In this document: positions 20,341 to 29,526 of the stretch, piece after piece
How the letters are laid out: each line of letters starts with the position of its first letter
Numbering within the stretch: the stretch's first letter is position 1
Assembly (NCBI GenBank): GCA_963818475.1
Contig: CAWFSF010000006.1
Span: forward strand, 64,001-128,000
DNA from: Nitrospirota bacterium
GTDB lineage: Bacteria; Nitrospirota; UBA9217
Direction of reading: 5' to 3'
DNA length: 64,000 nucleotides
Position numbers and translations under genes: made by a program
The notes under the pieces: generated by a model
Database searches by the model: none
Told to the model about the DNA's origin: nothing
Seen by the model: only the letters and a program-made list of their open reading frames with translations

Positions 20341-20396
20341 AGACAACGCGGAGTTCACACGCCGCGAAGCGGTCGGCGTGGAACGATTTGTTATTA
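20341..20396 (-). other. attC site (family A)
   Basis: Minus strand TAATAAC..same 36-bp core..GTTGTCT. Confidence 0.85.
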
Positions 20397-20427
20397 ATTA
20401 ATTTATTTACTCTAGTTCTCTAAATAT

Positions 20428-21396
20428 TTAACCTTTTACAGTTTTAATTTTCTCTAATTTATTTAATAATTCATTTTTACTGTTATTGTACCTATCTGGA
20501 ACTTCTTTTATGACGTTAATTGCTTCTTCTTTAGATGACGAATCTATTTGAGATAACTCGCCTAATGTTTCGGATATCTGTTCTAAGTAAGTATCGTAAT
20601 CCCTATCTTCATCTGGATGTTTCAACAGAAGCTCTAATTCCTCTACCTGTGCGGACAGGGCATTTTCCATTATCCCGCGAAACTTCCAAGTATAGAACTC
20701 GTTTCTTGCAACGTTCCGGCTGACCATGTCGATTCTTTTAGATATAAGATTTCTTAATTTCTCTTCAGTACTTTTAATCTTATTGTTGACGTTATCAATT
20801 TGATTTTTAATATTATCACTTAGTGTCGAAACTTCTTGTCGATAGCTTTTATTGAATGACTCAAGTTGCGTTTGATAATTATTTAATAGCGACTTATTGT
20901 CTTCTTTTATTTCTGCTCTTACTTTTTCGTGAAATTCACTATTTTTTGCGGTCAAATCCGCAATACTTGCGGACATCTCACCTTGAAGTTTAATTTGTAG
21001 CTCATTTAGTAACGCTGTTTTTTCGGCTGCAAAGGCACTCATTCTCATTGCCACTTCATTAAGTGCCGCATTCTTTGCTTCATTTATTTGTGCATTAATT
21101 CCATTTCGCATGTCAACCACTTTCTTTTCATTGAACCACCAGTTACTTGCAAACACCAAAACAATTGCCGTGGCAAGCCCCCCTAAGGCATAAAATATAG
21201 TTTTGAGAATCGCATCGTTTGATTTAACCTGATTATCATAAAGCATGCGATATGCTTTGGCTTCATTAAGGCCATTAGGATCGTTAAGTTGAGTAGAGGA
21301 ATTGGGCAGTTTGTCCTTGTTAGCATAAACAGGATTATTGACACCGATGATGATTGAGAAGACCAAGAACGTAAATACGTAGACGGTATATTTCAT
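20428..21396 (-). CDS. Hypothetical membrane-anchored coiled-coil protein, integron cassette
   Basis: AAGGAG RBS, signal peptide, one TM segment, long heptad-rich region; AT-rich. Confidence 0.7.
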   Translation of the reverse strand: MKYTVYVFTFLVFSIIIGVNNPVYANKDKLPNSSTQLNDPNGLNEAKAYRMLYDNQVKSNDAILKTIFYALGGLATAIVLVFASNWWFNEKKVVDMRNGINAQINEAKNAALNEVAMRMSAFAAEKTALLNELQIKLQGEMSASIADLTAKNSEFHEKVRAEIKEDNKSLLNNYQTQLESFNKSYRQEVSTLSDNIKNQIDNVNNKIKSTEEKLRNLISKRIDMVSRNVARNEFYTWKFRGIMENALSAQVEELELLLKHPDEDRDYDTYLEQISETLGELSQIDSSSKEEAINVIKEVPDRYNNSKNELLNKLEKIKTVKG

Positions 21397-21409
21397 ATTC
21401 ACTCCTTCA

Positions 21410-21464
21410 GAATAATGTTTAGGCTTCTTTCTGAACGCATTATTCAGAAAGAAGCTGGTTGGAC
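21410..21464 (-). other. attC-like hairpin at the end of the IS91-like element (R' reads ATTATTC)
   Basis: Minus strand GTCCAAC-CA-GCTTCTTTCTGAA-TAATGCG-TTCAGAAAGAAGC-CTAAAC-ATTATTC; perfect 13-bp stem. Confidence 0.6.
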
Positions 21465-21742
21465 TAAGCCGGTACGCGCTAACCGGCTATGGGATTTCTA
21501 AAGATTGGTCCTGCTTTTTAGAATTATGCTGAGAGTTCTGGAAGGGGCTTGGAGACAGTTGCGGGATTGATTTCAGTGAAAAGCGGCGATTCCGGACAGT
21601 TCCGCAAGCCCCTATTTGTCACGACTATACAGGAAACAGGACTCTCGGGCAATAGGATATCGTTGCGAAAAACAAGTCTGTTTTCGGTCAGGGTTGGCGT
21701 TACTCTTTTTTTCTCTTTCATGTCGTTCATTCTATTCCGGCA

Positions 21743-22410
21743 TCAAGGCCCGTTGCATCGCGCGGGCCGGAGTATTTCCCTCGTTTGCATTTTGCCTTCT
21801 TTGCAGACGGGGCATTTGGTGATATCTATGCCGGTGAACCTTAACAACGCTTCCTGCCAGGTCTCCTTGATTTTGTCGTCCTCTTTGGGTGTGCAGGCAA
21901 GAAACTGACGACAGGCGGCAAGTTTCTCCTTGCGGCAGCGATTGCCCAGAAGGCCGTAATGTCTGATTTTCACGAACCGGTCAGGAAGGACGTGAAGTAG
22001 GAACCGCCGGATGAACTCCTCGGCTTTCAGGGGCATGATTTTGGTTTTGTTCCCGTCCGAGTAGTCGCGCCACCGGAAAGAGACTTCATCGTCTTCGAAC
22101 TTCATAATTCGGTGATTGCTGATCGCGATCCGGTGAGTGTATCTGCCGAGATACTCCAGAACGTCCTTGGTATGCTTGAAAGGCGTTTTGCAGTAGACGA
22201 CCCAGTTCTTCTTGTACAGGTCTGAGATCAGGGCATTAAAGGCCCCCGGCGACGCAAGGTGGCTTACGGCGCCGGGGTAAATGAGTTTGTTCTCAGCACG
22301 GAGCTTTTTCAGATAAGCGATAAACTTCCCTCGAAAGAGCTTCGACATCACCTTGACGTGGACGAAGAAGTCCTTCTTGCATGACTTCCATTTCCGTCCT
22401 TCCTTTGCCA
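21743..22410 (-). pseudogene. IS91-family (Y2 HUH) transposase, 5'-truncated
   Basis: LFRGKF, WVVYCK, LEYLGRYTHRIAIS (Y2), FIRRFLLHVLP..IRHYG, CPVC; the HUH motif and N-terminal Zn domain are missing. Confidence 0.88.
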
Positions 22411-22716
22411 TCATGGGTCGCTCCCCTGCATCGCGGCGGGAGAAAGTACAATGAATGGTGGAGTCTGGAGCGGACGAAATCACCTGCATGGGACGAGGTG
22501 ATCGATAAGCTGGCTGATGAGATCAAAACGCGGCATTATTCACGAAAAACACTCAAGGCCTACGCCGACTGGTGCCGCAAGTTTCAGATCCATTTGAAAG
22601 ATAAGTCGCCGGATGATCCTTCCGCGACGGACGTGAAGGCCTATCTTACCTATCTTGCGGTGACGTGCAAGGTATCGGCAAATGCGATAAGGCCGAAAGA
22701 TGTGAATAATCTATAA
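22411..22716 (+). pseudogene. intI: Integron integrase fragment (N-terminal SAM-like domain only)
   Basis: IKTRHYSRKTLKAYADW..DVKAYLTYLAV..KVSA, then diverges before the expected STQNQA; oriented away from the cassette array. Confidence 0.75.
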
Positions 22717-22896
22717 GGAGGATCATTGGGTGAGACATGAGGGGAAAGCGAAGAACCGGTGGATCGAGATCGTGCTGACCGATGGAGTAGACTGTTGCTT
22801 CCCAACAAAACTGAAAACGCAGGAGGATGTCCTCTCCGGCATTTTTTAGCTGTTTAAGATGTCGGATGAACTTCTGATAAAATCTGATGAAACATC

Positions 22897-22944
22897 CCCC
22901 TCACCCTACCCTCTCCCCCAGGGGAGAGGATAAAGGTGAGGGGG
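22897..22944. repeat. REP-like hairpin (CCCCTCACCC..CTCTCCC..GGGAGAGG..GGTGAGGGG)
   Basis: Same family as the nif-region copies. Confidence 0.75.
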
Positions 22945-23031
22945 ATTTATCTGGTAAAATGCCGGCGGAAATGGGGGGAGGTTTCTTCCCGCCGGCATGG
23001 TGAAACCATTCATTTGCACAGCTTCATGGAG

Positions 23032-24345
23032 CTACACTCCGCCTTTTTCGATGCTCACTTTCCTTGTTTCCTTCTGCCAGGTGAAAGCGCCGCTTTCCTT
23101 ATTGCCGAAGGGCAGGTAGATCAGCTCCACATCCACGGTCATATCGTAATCCAGGATGGTTCTCACCATCTTGTCGTCCTTTTTCACGTCCTCGACCGGG
23201 AAGGGGATCTCGAAGCTCTCGTGCACGGGACGATCGGGCGGCAATCCATTGTCACGGATGATGCCGCTCTTTTCATAGGGGCCGCGTCCCATCTTGTCTC
23301 CGCGGCCGAGCTGCTGGGGTATGGGCATGTACACCCGTGTCTGCTTGAACAACTCTTTACCGTTACTGTTTTTAGCGGTCACTTCCAGGACCAGCCGGTT
23401 GGGGGTTGGTCAGCCGTCCGGGATGGAGTGGCCGGACCGGTTGATCATCTCGACCCTTACCAGGGCCTGCGGCATCATCTTCGTGCCGTCGCGCCACTGA
23501 TACCCCAGCGTCTCGACCTTGAAGTCCACGGCCGCCTTGCCCATGGCCGGGTTCTGATAGCTCTGCATGTTGTGGCCGAGCTTGCTCTTTTTCATGTGGC
23601 ATTCCTGGCAGCTTTCCTGCCCGCCCTCGGCGCGGTATGCCCAGAGGTAGCTTCCGTACAGCGTCCCGCACTGGGACGGGTTCTCGAGCTCGAAGTTCGG
23701 TCCGAGCCCGTGGCACTGGCCGCAGAGGATGGACTCGTCCATGATCGGGCTCTTCTTCATCTTCGGATGGCCTGCGTCGGCATGCGCGCCGTCCTTTGAA
23801 CCGTAGACCGTGTCCTTTTCAGGGAACCCGTCAACCCATTTGTGCGTGATGGCATTTCGCTGGTGGCAGATGAGGCAGTTGATGCTCACTGACGAGAGCT
23901 TGGCGCTTGCCTGCTCCCGCGCATTCTCGCTTGCCTTGGGATCGGCAATGATGTAGCAGTATTTTACGATCTCTTTGGCCACGTCGTCTGTTGCGTCAAC
24001 GAGCTGTGGCAGGTGGCACTTGGTGCAGATCATCAGGTGCCTGATCTGGACGTCCTCGGGCTTCTTCACTCCCGAGTATTGCCAACTCATGAGTCCTACG
24101 GCCACAGTGGTCTTTATGGTTGCCGCGGTCCTGCCGGTTCCGTAGATCGAGCGCGCATGGAGCGATTGGTTCCATTCGTTGTAGACGGCCTCGTGGCACT
24201 GTTTGCATCCTGTCGAGTCGTACATCGCTGCGAGTTCGTCGATGGTCTTCGCCTTTTTCGTCTCCGCTGCACAGGCATTGCCGTGCAGATACGCGATGAG
24301 CAGAACGAGGACTGCGAATACTTCCCAGGACCATATCTTCTTCAT
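23032..24345 (-). CDS. extKL: Pentaheme c-type cytochrome selenoprotein (ExtKL-like); in-frame UGA at 23410-23412 read as Sec
   Basis: Signal peptide, five CxxCH motifs; GHSIPDG-UGA-PTPNRLVLEV continues in frame into the 23032..23382 ORF; hairpin immediately after the UGA. Confidence 0.85.
23375..23395 (-). promoter_or_regulatory. Candidate bacterial SECIS element
   Basis: GC-U-GGUC-CU-GGA-AG-U-GACC-GC at +15..+35 after the UGA; G-led apical loop at +24. Confidence 0.65.
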
Positions 24346-24554
24346 GCTGCAGCCTCCTTCCGGGTCATGTTGGAGCTGGTCGGTGAATGAGATCATGATG
24401 TCAGCGCGGAGAGTATAAAACCATGATAAAAATATAGATCAACAAAAGGGACTTTTCAAGTAAAGCAGGAAATTATTACAGGTCATTGATATTGCAGGAC
24501 TATTTTGACTGCGAGGGCGATGATCTTCTTCGGCACAGGAGAGCAGAAAAAAGC

Positions 24555-24585
24555 AAAAAACCGTCAAGGTGATCCTTGACGGTTT
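24555..24585 (-). terminator. Intrinsic terminator after small ORF
   Basis: AAACCGTCAAGG-TGAT-CCTTGACGGTTT with a T-run on the minus strand. Confidence 0.75.
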
Positions 24586-24637
24586 CAGATATGCCTGCGC
24601 ATTGAACTGATTTTGTTTTACTGTTTTACTGCCCCGC

Positions 24638-24817
24638 TCACGCGCTTCCGGTCTTTACAGCGCGTCTCGCATTTTTCAGCCTGTACTGCATGGTGAGATT
24701 ATGCAGGGCAGCGGAGGCCTGGATCGCGGCGCTCCGGTAGGACGGATGCATTGATGCAATAGCAGGTGAGACAGGCACTGAGGGAACAATGACGGTCTTG
24801 CGGGCAATCTCTTTCAT
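24638..24817 (-). CDS. Small hypothetical protein (59 aa)
   Basis: GGAGG RBS 7 nt before ATG and its own terminator. Confidence 0.5.
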   Translation of the reverse strand: MKEIARKTVIVPSVPVSPAIASMHPSYRSAAIQASAALHNLTMQYRLKNARRAVKTGSA

Positions 24818-25232
24818 GGCTTGACCTCCAGCAAAGTTTGATATCACCAGGTGAAAAGCAGCTGCCGCGAAGATGAGGTCAAAGATTAGTGCTAATCCCG
24901 CAAATTGTCAACAGGAAATATCCACTGATACTTTGGTAATAAGTTAAAAATATGCGCATCTGATAAACTCATGTTCCTTCTTAAGGAAACGGTGCGATTT
25001 GCTCCAGGGGCCCGCCTTCCGGCAGGACATGCTGCGCGACCTTGTTTGTACGCGTCTAGAGCATTGTACTTGACTACGTCCGTGATATCGGCAATAATAT
25101 CGGCTGATTCTGTTCCGGGTAAGCCTTATCATCGGCAGAATGCAGGTTGCCGGAATCGGGATCGAGGGCTGCTTCCTCGGCTCAGGGTATTTTGCGAAAT
25201 CGTTAAGAACAAGAGAAAGAGATACTTGAACG

Positions 25233-26045
25233 ATGGCTAAAAAACAAATGGTTCTCAAAAAAAAGAACAGAGACACTGTCGCCATGCCGCGGAAGGTGAT
25301 GGAGCGTGAGACGCCTCCAGGGATCTTTTCACTGCTCCTGATCGCGGCTGTTCTCATCAGTCTGGTGATCACGACGCTTGCCAGAAATGACGTGTATCGT
25401 TCAACGCTATCTTTGTGGAAAAACATTACCGAAACCTCTCCCAGTAAAAGACGGGCACATGAAAATTATGGACAGGCGCTTTCCACGGCGGGACGCCTGC
25501 AGGAGGCGCTGGAGCAGTTCAATACGGTTCTGGCGCTTGAGGACGATGGAAGTGTTCCACTGCGTGATCTCTACCGTGAGATCGGGGTGGTCCAATTCAG
25601 GCTGGAATCGCTCGATGCGGCGGTGGAAGCATGGCAAAAAGGCCTCCTTTATGCCGTTGGCGATCCGGGGCTCCTGAACAATCTGTCGGTTGCCTATATG
25701 CAGCAGAAGCGCTACGATGAAGCCGCGGCAAGCGCCGAGGAAGCATTAAAGGCAAATCCACAGATGCCCCAGTTGCTGAACACGCTGGGACAGGTCAGTA
25801 TGATAAAAAAAGAGTACGACAAAGCGGCAAAGTATTTTCTTGATGCCGCCCACGCTGACCCGGACTCCCCGTCCTACTACGCCAACGCGGCCATGGCCCT
25901 TGCACAGACGGGCAAGTATGACCTGGCATATCAGAACATGAGCATGGCCGAAGCCAGGATGGCCTATCCGCAACAGCGGCAGAATGCCCAGGCCTTCATG
26001 GCGCAGATGAAGTCATTTTCGGCGCGCGGCGCAAAAAGCAAATAG
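25233..26045 (+). CDS. Membrane-anchored tetratricopeptide repeat protein
   Basis: One TM segment, RNxxY..LW motif and multiple TPR helices (AHENYG, LLNNL, LLNTLG). Confidence 0.85.
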   Translation: MAKKQMVLKKKNRDTVAMPRKVMERETPPGIFSLLLIAAVLISLVITTLARNDVYRSTLSLWKNITETSPSKRRAHENYGQALSTAGRLQEALEQFNTVLALEDDGSVPLRDLYREIGVVQFRLESLDAAVEAWQKGLLYAVGDPGLLNNLSVAYMQQKRYDEAAASAEEALKANPQMPQLLNTLGQVSMIKKEYDKAAKYFLDAAHADPDSPSYYANAAMALAQTGKYDLAYQNMSMAEARMAYPQQRQNAQAFMAQMKSFSARGAKSK

Positions 26046-26304
26046 GTTTCAGACTTCGTTCCTTTAATAATGATGTATTGCCTTCTTTTCCTCCTCTTGA
26101 AGTCTCCTCTTGAAGTGACGCACTCTGCAAGTTCCACCTGCTTGTTGTCAGAATATACCCTCCTGGCCGGGTCCTGTTGCCGGTGACTCCTTCGGCTGTG
26201 ATAAAATAGAGATAAAACACGACAAGGAAATGCGAATGGTCAGGCGTTCAGTGATCCCTGCGACCACGGTTATCGCTTTGAGCAATGCGCAGAAGGAGAG
26301 AAAC

Positions 26305-27015
26305 ATAAAAAGGACGCTTGTTATAAGCGATATTCACGGGATGCATGATGCGCTGGTTGCCCTGCTGCAGGCGGTCAGGTACGATCCGTTGGAGGATGAA
26401 TTGGTCTGCCTGGGCGACTATATAGACCGGGGGCCGGACTCGCGGAAGGTTGTGGAGCTTTTCATGGAGCTCAAGGAGCATCATGGACCGCGGGTGACGC
26501 TGCTGAAAGGCAACCACGAAGATATGTGCCTTCAGGCTCATAAGGACGGAATGAGCAGGGAAGGCAAGGCCAGGCTCAGGTGGCGCTTTGACGGCTGTGA
26601 GTCGACGCTCGCATCCTGGGGCGGAACGGTGCCACCCGAGGCGCTCCGGTTCATGGAGTCTTTGCTGCTCTACCATGAGAACCAGGACACGATCTTTGTT
26701 CATGGGGGCGTTGTTCCCGAACTGCCGCTTGAACACTCCGACCCTGATGATCTTTTGTGGAGCAGGAACGTGGCACCGCACTACAGCGGCAAGCTCGTGG
26801 TGGCGGGGCATACGGTCCAGTCGGAAGGCGTGACCTTCGATGCCAAGGCAAATACGCTGTTTATCGACACCGGCGCGTTCTTTGCCGTGCTGGGCATGCC
26901 GGGAAGGCTCAGCATCGTCGATCTGGCTGACAGGATGGTGCATTTCATCAGGACGGACACGGGAAAGCTGGGGCGCAGGAAACTGGTTGCCAAGATGGGC
27001 AGCGGGTCCCGTTGA
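26305..27015 (+). CDS. Serine/threonine protein phosphatase-like metallophosphoesterase
   Basis: SDIHG, LGDYIDRG, LKGNHE, FVHGG, GHT and IDTG motifs; start codon uncertain. Confidence 0.9.
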   Translation: MKRTLVISDIHGMHDALVALLQAVRYDPLEDELVCLGDYIDRGPDSRKVVELFMELKEHHGPRVTLLKGNHEDMCLQAHKDGMSREGKARLRWRFDGCESTLASWGGTVPPEALRFMESLLLYHENQDTIFVHGGVVPELPLEHSDPDDLLWSRNVAPHYSGKLVVAGHTVQSEGVTFDAKANTLFIDTGAFFAVLGMPGRLSIVDLADRMVHFIRTDTGKLGRRKLVAKMGSGSR

Positions 27016-27091
27016 GCGGGGTGTGCTTGCGGTGCTGTGAACAGACGGTGCGCAGCGCAGGATTGACTGCGAAGTGCGGCAGGCTGGCCTG

Positions 27092-29143
27092 TCATGCTGT
27101 CCTGCGTGTTCTTTCGCTGTCATGAAAAACCGCTATCCTGTTCTTTCCGCTTCTTTTTGCGCAATACAGCGCTGTATCGACATTTTTCAGCAGCTGTTCG
27201 AGCGCCAGGCCGTGCTCGGGATAACAGGCGATTCCGATGCTGACGGTGATCCTTTCCTGCTCCCCGCATTCAGGGTCCTGAGGAGGAACCGCACACCGCT
27301 TTTCCAGGCAGGCCCGTATCCTCTCAGCGATATCTCTTGCCAACGCCTCATCGGTCTCGGGCAGGATGATAATGAACTCATCTCCTCCGTATCGTGCCGC
27401 GAGATCAATGGACCGGATGGTATTCACGATGGTCAGCGCCATCTCTTTCAGTACCTGATCTCCGAACGGATGTCCCCGCGTGTCGTTGCAGTGCTTGAAG
27501 CCGTCCAGGTCGAGCATAAGCAGGCTGAGACGATGGCCATGACGTTCAGAGCGGGATAATTCTTCTTTCAGCCGTTCAAAGAGGTATCTGCGGTTCGCGA
27601 GTCCGGTCAGATGGTCCGTGATGGTCAGTTTTTCGAGCGCCTCTGTCCTTTTCAAAAAAACATTCCGCTCCATGACGATCGCAGCGTGGGTCGCAAACGC
27701 CTGAATGAGCTTCAGGTCCTCCTCGTTGAAGACCTCGCCGGTCGTCTTATCGGACAGATTGAGCACGCCGATGACGCGATCGCCGATCTTGAGCGGTATG
27801 CTGATGAAGGACCGGGTCTTATAATGCAGCCTGTTCTTCTGCCGGATCCTCTGGTCCTGTTCAAGGTCTTCGACCAGGAGCGCTTCACCGAATTCGGCCA
27901 CTCTGCCGGCGATCCCTTCGCCGCGATGGATCCGGACCTGATCCGCCAGGCCTTCGACGGTCCCCTTTTTGGCCGACAGGAGCAGATCTTCGGTCTCCTG
28001 GTCGATCAGCATCAGGGACCCCTGCTCAGCCTTGAGCAGGCCGGCGGACTCATCGAGGATCCTCCGCAGCAGCAGGGGATAATTTTGGATGGGCGTTATG
28101 GCCCTGGCCAGCTCCGAGAGCGCAACGAATCCGTCAAATTTGCGGAACAGCTTCTGTCGAAGATGATTGTTCTCGATCGAAAGTGCGGTTTGACGGCAGA
28201 GTGCGGCGATGATATGCGTATCGCCGGTTTTGAAATCGCGGTCCGCGATGCAGAGGACCGCGTCAAGCTGTCCGTGTACGATGATCGGAAAAAAATGAAG
28301 GACGCCCGCGCTCTTGAGGAACCCGGCATCGGACACTGCCGCCGAGTCAGCCGAAAGCATAAACGGCTTGCCGGCAAGAAGGCCTTGTATGATCTCGCCC
28401 GTATCACAGAGGGTGGCGGGGTCGGGTTCGTCACCGTTATGGGAAAGGCGGGACAGATTCGTGTATCCCCCGTGCCGCCGGTCACGGACAAACACCGCGC
28501 AACCGTCGGCATCTATCAGCGAGGGCAGCTCCTGCAGCAGATGCCGATACAGCGCTTCGGGCTCTCCGGTCGGCGCTCCCCCCGCGTGGATGAACTTTTT
28601 CATGCTTTCGAATTCATTTCCAAGGGCGGGGTCCCCACGGCTGCCTAACAGTCTGCGAACCGCATCGGTCGTAAAATCACAGACCATCCAGGCTCTCGAA
28701 TAATTCGTAAACACGGTCGGCGGCGCCAGGGAGGCCACATCGAGTCCGGCGGCGTGCAGGTGCTTCATGCCGTCCTGAAAATCCTCAAGCGATGAGAACG
28801 AACCCTGTCCAAGAATGACCGCCTGTTCCGCTTTGTGCCGAAGAGGAACGACAAAGCTCACGACCTTCAAATAACATTTGAACACGGCAGGTCTTCCCGT
28901 TTCGAACGCGTTTTTCATGAAGAAGCGGCAATGCGTTTCGCAGGACGGGATAAGGCCGGGCGCGGATGAGCTAAGCCGGTGGCACAAGTGGGCCGTGTCG
29001 CGCAGGCTGTACAGCAGTTTTCCGTCACGGGAAAAAATACTCAAGGTAAATCCGAGGCTCTCGGAAAGAGCCGCAACAGAGTCCTGCCAGGAATCAGTTG
29101 CGAAGAGGTCCTGGAGGTTTCCACCGGTGCGATCATGCTGCAT
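27092..29143 (-). CDS. Diguanylate cyclase with PocR-like and GAF sensor domains
   Basis: DHLTGLANRR, LDLDGFK, RSID-LAARY-GGDEF; two GAF-like regions; Cys-containing N-terminal sensor. Confidence 0.9.
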   Translation of the reverse strand: MQHDRTGGNLQDLFATDSWQDSVAALSESLGFTLSIFSRDGKLLYSLRDTAHLCHRLSSSAPGLIPSCETHCRFFMKNAFETGRPAVFKCYLKVVSFVVPLRHKAEQAVILGQGSFSSLEDFQDGMKHLHAAGLDVASLAPPTVFTNYSRAWMVCDFTTDAVRRLLGSRGDPALGNEFESMKKFIHAGGAPTGEPEALYRHLLQELPSLIDADGCAVFVRDRRHGGYTNLSRLSHNGDEPDPATLCDTGEIIQGLLAGKPFMLSADSAAVSDAGFLKSAGVLHFFPIIVHGQLDAVLCIADRDFKTGDTHIIAALCRQTALSIENNHLRQKLFRKFDGFVALSELARAITPIQNYPLLLRRILDESAGLLKAEQGSLMLIDQETEDLLLSAKKGTVEGLADQVRIHRGEGIAGRVAEFGEALLVEDLEQDQRIRQKNRLHYKTRSFISIPLKIGDRVIGVLNLSDKTTGEVFNEEDLKLIQAFATHAAIVMERNVFLKRTEALEKLTITDHLTGLANRRYLFERLKEELSRSERHGHRLSLLMLDLDGFKHCNDTRGHPFGDQVLKEMALTIVNTIRSIDLAARYGGDEFIIILPETDEALARDIAERIRACLEKRCAVPPQDPECGEQERITVSIGIACYPEHGLALEQLLKNVDTALYCAKRSGKNRIAVFHDSERTRRTA

Positions 29144-29241
29144 ACTGCCTCCCTGTGTTGCGTGCCGTTGTTGCAGAACGTGGTACTACCCGGGAGGCAG
29201 GTGCGGAGAAAACGTGCCGTCCATGGGCCGGGACACCGGAA

Positions 29242-29460
29242 TCAAGGCCGGAATTTCCTCATTCGGTGATGAAGGGGCGAGGCCATCTCAGGCTTGAAGT
29301 CCTGGGAAAGTTTTGCGCAGTATCCATCGACAACCTCGCAGTAGAACTCACCGACGTACTCCTGCCACCCGCAGGCGCAGCACATCGAGGATTCCTGGGG
29401 TTCGGTCTTTTTCATATACGTACCGCACTGGGGACAGCGTTTGAACCACATGTCGGCCAT
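29242..29460 (-). CDS. Small zinc-ribbon hypothetical protein
   Basis: AAGGAGG RBS; CPQC..CCAC motifs. Confidence 0.6.
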   Translation of the reverse strand: MADMWFKRCPQCGTYMKKTEPQESSMCCACGWQEYVGEFYCEVVDGYCAKLSQDFKPEMASPLHHRMRKFRP

Positions 29461-29526
29461 GGTGTCCTCCTTTCATCCACATGCTTTTATCAGGTTCATG
29501 AAACGTATGGTCCAGCCCCACCGGGC

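Noticed and set aside
15336-20396. Three identical 36-bp sequences as a CRISPR array
   Set aside because: They are separated by 0.6-4.3 kb of genes, carry AAC/GTT core sites, and no cas genes are present; they are attC sites.
27611-28648. Long antisense ORFs (e.g. 27611+, 42323-, 46498-, 53922-, 22936+)
   Set aside because: They are shadows of well-supported GC-rich genes on the opposite strand and have no motifs or RBS.
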